DNA from: Chloroflexota bacterium
GTDB taxonomy: Bacteria > Chloroflexota > UBA6077 > FW602-bin22 > JAMCYS01
DNA: 64,000 bases
Direction of reading: 5' to 3'
Assembly (NCBI GenBank): GCA_023473795.1
Contig: JAMCYS010000041.1
Location: forward strand, 14,370 to 78,369
Below, in pieces: positions 16,381 to 22,610 of the stretch. A model generated the notes under the pieces. That model was not told the DNA's origin and did no database searches. It saw only the letters and a list, made by a program, of their open reading frames with translations. Both the position numbers and the translations under genes were made by a program. How positions within the stretch are numbered: position 1 is the first letter of the stretch; every line of letters begins with the position of its first letter.

Positions 16381-17544
16381 CTACCCGTATGGCACCCGGC
16401 CGCGGGCAAACGCGAGGCCGAGGACCCAGGCAGTGGCGGCGACCAGGGAATAGTAGACCAGGAAAGCCAGGATGGAATACAGTTCCAGTACATGACCGCC
16501 GAACTCGAGGAAAGGCAGAAAAGCCGTGAACGGTTGCACCAGAGGCCAGCTGAGGGCGTAAACCAGCCGCTCCAGGAAGCTCAGCAAGCCGCCCAGTGGG
16601 AGCGCCAGAAAGGCAAGCAGGATGCGCAGGGTCAGGAGAGCGTTGACGATGTCTCCGGCCAGGGTTACGGCGCGAATGACCGCCGCGCCGACGGGCGACA
16701 CCTGGCGCATTTGCCGTGGTGGAGGCACTGCTAGCGGTCGGTAGACCTCTTGCCGGCTTCTGGCCTTCGGCAGCAGGGGCGTCAGAACCGCGCCCAAGGC
16801 GAAACCGCCGATGTGCGCCCACCAGCCTACCCCGCCCGACACTTGGGCCTGGGTAGTAATGGCTGTCACACCGTTTGCCAGCTGAGTGATAAACCAGACA
16901 CCCAGCATCACGAAGGCCGGGACGGGTATGAAGAGGGGAATGAAGAAGACGGGTACGAGTACCGTGACTCTGGCGCCGGGAAACATGACGATGTACGAGC
17001 CCAGAACCGCGGCAATCGCGCCGGACGCCCCGATTAGCGGCACACGGGAGCCGGGATCTATATAGACTTGCGCTAGATTGGCTGCGACTCCACACGCCAA
17101 ATAGAAGACGAGGTAGCGGAGATGCCCGAGCCTCTCTTCCACGTTGTCGCCGAAAACCCAGAGGAAGACCATGTTGCCCAGCAAGTGCAACCAGCCCCCG
17201 TGCAGAAAGAGGGCGGTGACCAGAGTGAGCAATTCGGCGTGGGGCACTGCCGGATTGCCGGCGATAGTCTGGGAGACGAGGAGTGGCGTCACTCCCCAAC
17301 GGCGAATCAAGCCGTCGAGTTGTGGACCTAGCGCCAGTTCGAACAGGAAGACTAAAGCGCAGCTGACGACGATTGCATAGTTGACCCAAGGGGCGTGGCG
17401 GGTGGGCACGCTGTCGCTGACCGGAATCACTCGACGCCGTTCCTTATGTTTCGCCGAAGGCGGGTTGGCTGGCCCAAGTATAGCGCAGTACGGGAGACGT
17501 GGCCAAGCCAGCCGGCACGCTCGTGGCCAAATGTACGATTGCAT
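16381..17544 (-). CDS. Rhomboid-family intramembrane serine protease with C-terminal YGGT-like extension
   Basis: LFLHGGWLHLLGNMVFLWVFGDNVE, catalytic GASGAIAAVLG and WWAHIGGFALG. The last ~110 aa (LRILLAFLA...LSWPLVQPFTAFLPFLEFGGHVLELYSILAFLV) resemble YggT. The start is uncertain (ATG 17544 or GTG 17430). The track's 17769 start is unlikely. Confidence 0.8.
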   Translation of the reverse strand: MQSYIWPRACRLAWPRLPYCAILGPANPPSAKHKERRRVIPVSDSVPTRHAPWVNYAIVVSCALVFLFELALGPQLDGLIRRWGVTPLLVSQTIAGNPAVPHAELLTLVTALFLHGGWLHLLGNMVFLWVFGDNVEERLGHLRYLVFYLACGVAANLAQVYIDPGSRVPLIGASGAIAAVLGSYIVMFPGARVTVLVPVFFIPLFIPVPAFVMLGVWFITQLANGVTAITTQAQVSGGVGWWAHIGGFALGAVLTPLLPKARSRQEVYRPLAVPPPRQMRQVSPVGAAVIRAVTLAGDIVNALLTLRILLAFLALPLGGLLSFLERLVYALSWPLVQPFTAFLPFLEFGGHVLELYSILAFLVYYSLVAATAWVLGLAFARGRVPYG

Positions 17545-17623
17545 CCGCTGAATGAGGCGGTCCGGCACGGCCCTTGCGATTGTGTTCCCAGACAAGCCTA
17601 TAGCACGGATAAGGGGTCGAACG

Positions 17624-18526
17624 ATGCAGTCACTCGGCCTGTGGCAGGCCGTCTTGCCAATGGCGGCAGTCGCGGTGCTGCTGACGCCGCTGGCCGGCAC
17701 TATCCGCCTGCGCTTGGGCTGGCCTTGGTTCAGCACCTTGAGCCTGCTCATCATCGCCACCACTCTCAATGGCCAATGCGCGGCGCGGGCGACCGCGACG
17801 GCTGAGGTGGAGCGCCGCCTGTTCCCACAGCCTACCTCTGTGGTTGCCGTCTATGACAATCAGGACGGTGCCTGGTTGGCGTTCTCACCGGACTCCACCG
17901 GGGCTAGCGTTGACGGGCCTGTGCGTCTGCTGGCGAGGCAGACAGCGACCGCGCAGCCGACGGGAGCCACCGCCGGTTCGGCATCCGCCTCAGGGGGCAT
18001 CCGCGTTCAGCTGGAAGGCAACCCGGTAGAGGTCAAACGCTTAGCTTCAGCATTGCAGTTGGTGGCTAGTTCCCGCGCCGGTTCCGCCGTCTTGAAAGAC
18101 GTCCTTGAACGGAGCGACGTGACGATTTCCTTCACGGACAACGTAGGGCTTGTTCTGCTTGGTGGTATAACGATAGACACAGGTGGCACGGCCGTCACAG
18201 AGGGTTTGCACGTCTATCTCTCCCGAACTCAGTACGGCAACAAGCCGGTCGAAGTGCTGGCGGCTATGGAGGCGCACGAGTTGACCCACGTCGCCCAGAA
18301 CATCGCATCCAGTACCCCGTGGTGGGAATGGCCCTGGGCAACCATAGACCGCGAGTTGACGGCCCACACGATGCAGGCTATCGTCTGGGGAGAGGCGCGA
18401 GGCAACCTCCACGACCCAGAACAGGACTCGTTGCTGCGGGCGGCGCAGAACCGCGAGGTGCTGCGGTCATCGATCCTGAACAACGCGGCCTATCCCTGGT
18501 GGCTCGCCCCCAACCTGGGTTGCTAG
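17624..18526 (+). CDS. Membrane-anchored hypothetical protein with HExxH motif
   Basis: ATG 17624 follows AAGGGG. There is an N-terminal hydrophobic stretch, an Ala/Thr/Gly-rich linker, and AAMEAHELTHVAQN. I recognise no family. Confidence 0.5.
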   Translation: MQSLGLWQAVLPMAAVAVLLTPLAGTIRLRLGWPWFSTLSLLIIATTLNGQCAARATATAEVERRLFPQPTSVVAVYDNQDGAWLAFSPDSTGASVDGPVRLLARQTATAQPTGATAGSASASGGIRVQLEGNPVEVKRLASALQLVASSRAGSAVLKDVLERSDVTISFTDNVGLVLLGGITIDTGGTAVTEGLHVYLSRTQYGNKPVEVLAAMEAHELTHVAQNIASSTPWWEWPWATIDRELTAHTMQAIVWGEARGNLHDPEQDSLLRAAQNREVLRSSILNNAAYPWWLAPNLGC

Positions 18527-18627
18527 CCGGAGACCGGCAGCACGCCTTTCCGCGGCAGGTCCGCGCATTGTCCGCTAACGTCCCCTGTTCTCTCGACCGC
18601 TTAATCGTTTGGTCAACGGCCCGGGAC

Positions 18628-18656
18628 TTGTCTGTCGGCAGAGCCGGTGCGATAAT
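18628..18656 (+). promoter_or_regulatory. Sigma-70-type promoter for the UbiB-like kinase gene
   Basis: TTGTCT (18628-18633), 17-nt spacer, GATAAT (18651-18656). Confidence 0.55.
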
Positions 18657-18700
18657 TCAGGCGTTATAGCCACACTGCGATACGAGGCTGGAGGGTCGTT

Positions 18701-20350
18701 CTGGAAATCTGGCTGCGCCACCGAGAGAGATACAGACAGATCGGCAGCGTACTGGCCAAGCACGGATTCGGCTTCTTGGGGGCAGAGCTTGGCTTACGGC
18801 GTTTCGTCCCCTTCCTTCATCCCGAATGGCAGATCCAGAGAGAAGCCGGTCCGGCTCACCTGCGGGCGGCTCTCCAAGAGCTGGGAGCGACGTTTATCAA
18901 GTTCGGCCAACTGCTCAGCACCAGAGCCGACATCCTACCGCCTGACTACATCGCCGAGCTGGCCAAACTGCAGGATGCCCTGCCTCCCTTGCCGGCCGGG
19001 ACCGTCGCCGCGGTCATAGAGCAGGAACTGGGCGCTAGCCCGGAGGCCCTGTTCGCGGAGTTCGACCCCGTACCCCTGGCCGCAGCCTCCACCAGCCAGG
19101 TGCATGCGGCCAGGTTGCGCAGCGGCGAGGAAGTGGCGGTCAAGGTGCAGCGGCCGGGGGTTGCCGCTCTCTTTACAGCCGACCTGGAGATTGTCCGCCA
19201 GCTGGCAGGTCTGGCGGAAGCCCGCACGACCTTTGGTCGCGACTACGACCTAGTGGGCCTGGCCGACGAAATGGCGAGCACACTGCTGCCCAGCCTGGAC
19301 TACCGAAACGAGGCCCTCAACATCGAGCGGTTTCGCGAGCAATACGCGGCCGACCCCCGTGTGTACATCCCTCGGATGCACGCCGAATACAGTACGAGTC
19401 GCGTGCTGACCGTCGAGTTGCTGCGCGGGGCCAAGATCACGGACATCCCGGCGCTGGAGCGGATGGGCGTCGACAGGCACGAACTGGCTCTGACCAGCGC
19501 GCGAGTGCTGCTGGAGAGCGTTTTCGAGAGTGGCTTCTTCCACGCCGACCCTCATCCAGGCAACTACTTCGTGCAGCCTGGCGGCAGGCTGGCGGTGATC
19601 GACTTCGGTTTGGTGGGTCACATCAGCGCCGGCACTCGCGAGGAACTGATCCGCCTTTTCGTGGCAGTAGTGGCTAGGAACGGCAGCCGCGTGGCTGACT
19701 CTCTAGTGCGCCTGGGGGCGCTCAATCGGCCGCGTGAGCGCCAGGGGCTGGTGCGCGACCTGGAGCGCCTTCTGGATCAGTACTTCGACCTACCGCTTGG
19801 CGACGTGCCTATCGGCAAGCTCTTTGCCGATTCGATGCGGGTGGCGCGACGGCGCAGCCTGCAGTTGCCGACCAACCTCGCTTTGATGGCTACGGTAGTG
19901 GCCACGAATGAGGGCGTAGGCCGGGAGCTCGACCCCGGGTTCCGCCTGCTGGAGGCGGTCAGACCCTACGCCCAGCATCTGCTGGCGCGGACCCTCAGCC
20001 CGGCCGCCATGGCCCGGCGTCTAGGGCAGGGGATGGCCGATACGCTGGAGGTTCTGCCGCAACTACCGGGGCGGATCGAGACACTGCTGGACGAGCTGGA
20101 ATCGGGTGGCATCGAGGTCAGCGCCCGCTCCGATCAGGTGGAGAGACTGGGCCGGCAGCTCAACCAGGCGGCAAACCGCCTGGCCTTGAGTATCCTCGCG
20201 GCGGCGTTCATCATCGGCTGCTCGGTTCTGCTGGTCACGTACCGGTCAAGCAGCTGGACAATTCTGGCGAGCGTGCTCTTCGGCAGTGGCTTTGTGGCAG
20301 CTTTTGCGCTGGGTTTGTGGCTGGCGATTTCTATACTGCGTTCGGAATGA
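18701..20350 (+). CDS. ABC1/UbiB-family atypical protein kinase (AarF-like), probable CTG start
   Basis: LGATFIKFGQLLSTRADILPPDYIAELAKLQD, AAASTSQVHAA, FHADPHPGNY, IDFG, and C-terminal TM helices. The conserved N-terminal helix RYRQIGSVLAKHGFGFL is encoded upstream of the track's TTG 18776. GGAGGG lies 5 nt before CTG 18701. Confidence 0.85.
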   Translation: MEIWLRHRERYRQIGSVLAKHGFGFLGAELGLRRFVPFLHPEWQIQREAGPAHLRAALQELGATFIKFGQLLSTRADILPPDYIAELAKLQDALPPLPAGTVAAVIEQELGASPEALFAEFDPVPLAAASTSQVHAARLRSGEEVAVKVQRPGVAALFTADLEIVRQLAGLAEARTTFGRDYDLVGLADEMASTLLPSLDYRNEALNIERFREQYAADPRVYIPRMHAEYSTSRVLTVELLRGAKITDIPALERMGVDRHELALTSARVLLESVFESGFFHADPHPGNYFVQPGGRLAVIDFGLVGHISAGTREELIRLFVAVVARNGSRVADSLVRLGALNRPRERQGLVRDLERLLDQYFDLPLGDVPIGKLFADSMRVARRRSLQLPTNLALMATVVATNEGVGRELDPGFRLLEAVRPYAQHLLARTLSPAAMARRLGQGMADTLEVLPQLPGRIETLLDELESGGIEVSARSDQVERLGRQLNQAANRLALSILAAAFIIGCSVLLVTYRSSSWTILASVLFGSGFVAAFALGLWLAISILRSE

Positions 20351-20359
20351 AGACGGACG

Positions 20360-20971
20360 TTACATAACGTTCGGGCGTGCTGCCGTGACCATTACGCCAA
20401 AGCCGCGTCCACGAATCGAGAGAGGGGAGAGGCCCGCCTGGCGCAACATCGCCGCCAACTGCTGGGCTGTCCACATCACGCCGGGCTCGCCGGCCAGGCG
20501 CTCGGCTAGGGCCAAGACCTTGGTGGCAGGATGGCGGGCTTCAAGTTCGAGCACGGCCAGACGGCCGCTCGGTTTGAGCACGCGCGCCACCTCGGCGAGG
20601 GCCCGCTCCGGTTGGGGAAAATGGTGCAGGGCGTCAAGGATCATCACGCCGTCCGCCGAGGCGTCGGGCAGCGGTAGTTGGACCGCGTTGCCGCGCACGC
20701 AGCCGATGCAGCCGTCACAGCGGCCGTGACGCAGCATAGCGGCGTTGAAGTCCACGATGAGTACGTGGCAGCCCACCGCGGCTACCGCGGCTCGGGCGCC
20801 GAGGCCCGTACCCCCGCCGACATCCACGACGAGGTCACCGGGGTGCAACTGCAACAAGGCGGCCGCTTCGGAGTAGCTGGCGCCAAGAAGGCGCATGGCA
20901 GGGTCGTAGAACGGCGCCAGGAGATCGAACATCCCGAATCGGCGGCGTGGTTGGCGGTCGGTAGTACTCAC
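20360..20971 (-). CDS. Class I SAM-dependent methyltransferase (Methyltransf_11-like)
   Basis: VVDVGGGTGLGA (motif I), DASADGVMILDALHHF, VLKPSGRLAVLE. Confidence 0.8.
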   Translation of the reverse strand: MSTTDRQPRRRFGMFDLLAPFYDPAMRLLGASYSEAAALLQLHPGDLVVDVGGGTGLGARAAVAAVGCHVLIVDFNAAMLRHGRCDGCIGCVRGNAVQLPLPDASADGVMILDALHHFPQPERALAEVARVLKPSGRLAVLELEARHPATKVLALAERLAGEPGVMWTAQQLAAMLRQAGLSPLSIRGRGFGVMVTAARPNVM

Positions 20972-20986
20972 TTCACAATGATACCA

Positions 20987-21031
20987 TTTCGTAGCGCCGC
21001 TAGGCGAGCCTCGCCTAGCGGCGCTACGAAA
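20987..21031. repeat. Perfect palindrome with 22-nt arms around a single central base
   Basis: TTTCGTAGCGCCGCTAGGCGAG-c-CTCGCCTAGCGGCGCTACGAAA. It lies in a divergent promoter region, 16 nt from GTG 20971. Confidence 0.9.
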
Positions 21032-21161
21032 AGCCGGCCAACACCACGCTTGACCGTGGCCTTGACTTGGGCTAGCATGGGCGGGTGGTTGTGTTTGGGG
21101 TGGATAGAGCTTGTTCGTGTGTTGGTGGGTGTATGATGTGTGGTGTTGGGTTGTGGGTTGT

Positions 21162-21190
21162 TTGACTCATATAGCTCACCATTAGATAAA
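21162..21190 (+). promoter_or_regulatory. Candidate promoter for the methyltransferase gene at 21247
   Basis: TTGACT (21162-21167), 17-nt spacer, GATAAA (21185-21190), inside the only AT-rich patch of the region. Confidence 0.4.
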
Positions 21191-21215
21191 TAATATCTAG
21201 CAGTAGAAACCAAAA

Positions 21216-21235
21216 CCCACCAAAAGCCCACCAAA
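21216..21235 (+). repeat. Direct repeat CCCACCAAA x2 with 11-bp period in a CA-rich leader
   Basis: aaCCCACCAAAagCCCACCAAAc, 12 nt upstream of TTG 21247. Confidence 0.7.
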
Positions 21236-21246
21236 CGAGCCACAGC

Positions 21247-21921
21247 TTGAGAAACCACTACAACACCTCACCTAGCGAATACGAGGCCCTCCGCGACGGT
21301 TACGTGGCAGACCGGCGGGTCGCCATCGTGTCCGAGGCGCTGCGACGCTGTGGCACCGCGCCTCAGGTCGTGCTGGAACTGGGGTGCGGGTCCGGGAAAC
21401 TCACCGGGCGGCTGGCAGCGCTTTTTCCGGGCTGTAGGTTCACCGGTCTGGACGTCGATGAGCGGATGGTCGCCTACGCCTGCGCCACCTATAGAGCGCC
21501 GAACCTCCTCTTCGCCCTCCGTGACGCCACGAGCGCTGCCGGTCTACCGCCGTGTGAGTTTATGTACAGTGTCGACCTGCTCCATCACATCACCGACCAG
21601 CTGGGATGCTTGTTCGCCGCCCGGCGAGCGCTGCCCACAGGCGGCCACTGGTTGCTCCTGGAACCAAACATCCTCAACCCCACCGTGTTCCTGGCCCAGG
21701 AGCGCATGCGGCGGGCGGGTCTAGGCGAGGATCACCTGCGACCTTGGGTCGTCGAGCCCCTGATGCGGCGAGCCGGCTTCGCCATTGCCGCCAAGCGCTA
21801 TGCCTTCAGCTTCCCCAGCCACTGGCGACGGCTGCCCGCGGCCCTGCGTTGGCTCGAGCGCGGCGCCGAGCGCCTGCCGCTTGCCGCCGGCAACGTCATT
21901 TACCTGCTGCGCGGCTGCTGA
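21247..21921 (+). CDS. Class I SAM-dependent methyltransferase
   Basis: VLELGCGSGKLTGRLA (motif I), FTGLDVDERMV, and HWLLLEPN later. It has a TTG start and no visible SD. Confidence 0.75.
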   Translation: MRNHYNTSPSEYEALRDGYVADRRVAIVSEALRRCGTAPQVVLELGCGSGKLTGRLAALFPGCRFTGLDVDERMVAYACATYRAPNLLFALRDATSAAGLPPCEFMYSVDLLHHITDQLGCLFAARRALPTGGHWLLLEPNILNPTVFLAQERMRRAGLGEDHLRPWVVEPLMRRAGFAIAAKRYAFSFPSHWRRLPAALRWLERGAERLPLAAGNVIYLLRGC

Positions 21922-21928
21922 GCTAGAC

Positions 21929-21962
21929 AAAGCCGGAACGACCGCGCGGTCGTTCCGGCTTT
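21929..21962. terminator. Bidirectional hairpin terminator between convergent methyltransferase and tatA genes
   Basis: AAAGCCGGAACGACC-gcgc-GGTCGTTCCGGCTTT is a perfect 15-bp stem. A/T triplets on both flanks provide short U-tracts for either strand. Confidence 0.65.
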
Positions 21963-22035
21963 CGTGCGCCCGGCACCATCGGGCGCCGGCCCCTCTCCTC
22001 CATCAGCAGCCAACTGGCGATGAGACGAGGGGTGG

Positions 22036-22392
22036 TTATGTCAAGGCCGCTCCACAACCGCCACAGAACTTGGCCCCTTCCTTGTTCTGGGCCTTGCATT
22101 TCGGGCAGACCAGCATAACAACTGGCTTGTCAGCCGTTGCTGCCTTGATAGGCTCCTCGGCCTTTTTTTGCGGATCCTGGAGGGTGACGGCCGCCTTCAT
22201 ATCTTCAAACGGCTGACGCACTTCCTTAATGGGATCCGTAACGTCCTGCTGAATCTCTTTGGTGGCCTTGCGGAACTCCCCGATACTCTTCCCCACGGCA
22301 CTGCCAATTTCCGGCAACTTACCGGGACCGAAGATCACGAGGGCGATGATCAGGACGATGATCAGTTCGCCTGGCCCGACGCCGAACGGCAT
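22036..22392 (-). CDS. tatA: TatA/E-family twin-arginine translocase subunit fused to a C-terminal zinc ribbon
   Basis: MPFGVGPGELIIVLIIALVIFGPGKLPEIGSAVGKSIGEFRKA is a canonical TatA TM plus amphipathic helix. The C-terminus CPKCKAQNKEGAKFCGGCG is a CxxC...CxxC ribbon. Confidence 0.85.
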   Translation of the reverse strand: MPFGVGPGELIIVLIIALVIFGPGKLPEIGSAVGKSIGEFRKATKEIQQDVTDPIKEVRQPFEDMKAAVTLQDPQKKAEEPIKAATADKPVVMLVCPKCKAQNKEGAKFCGGCGAALT

Positions 22393-22572
22393 ATAGCACG
22401 TCCTTTCTAGAGCTACCGGACCACGCCGGCTTAGTGAGCGGCTCCATCGGCCGCGACCTTATTTATAGCACAGACCGGAGCCGTTTGTATACGCTCGACC
22501 TCGGCCGCCGCCACCTGCTTCGTCCGCGCCGCAGAGGAGGGAAAACGGTAAGGTGCTGGCCAGCTGTTCGCT

Positions 22573-22601
22573 TTGGCTTTGTCGGGCTGATACAATATAA
22601 T
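22573..22601 (+). promoter_or_regulatory. Sigma-70-type promoter for mutS2, near-leaderless
   Basis: TTGGCT (22573-22578), 17-nt spacer, TATAAT (22596-22601). GTG 22611 lies only 9 nt downstream. Confidence 0.6.
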
Positions 22602-22610
22602 AAGCGCGCT

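Noticed and set aside
20968-21258. A 96-aa minus-strand ORF spanning the aberrant intergenic region (…NNPQPNTTHHTPTNTRTSSIHPKHNHPPM…).
   Set aside because: - Its composition is dictated by the CA-rich strand.
- There is no SD.
- It overlaps both neighbouring gene starts and the palindrome.

I treat it as non-coding, but the region itself is reported as a finding.
22462-22490. A candidate tatA promoter (TATAAA at 22467-22462 on the minus strand).
   Set aside because: The best -35 candidates (ATACAA/TACAAA) match consensus at only 2-3 of 6 positions, so it is not reported as a feature.
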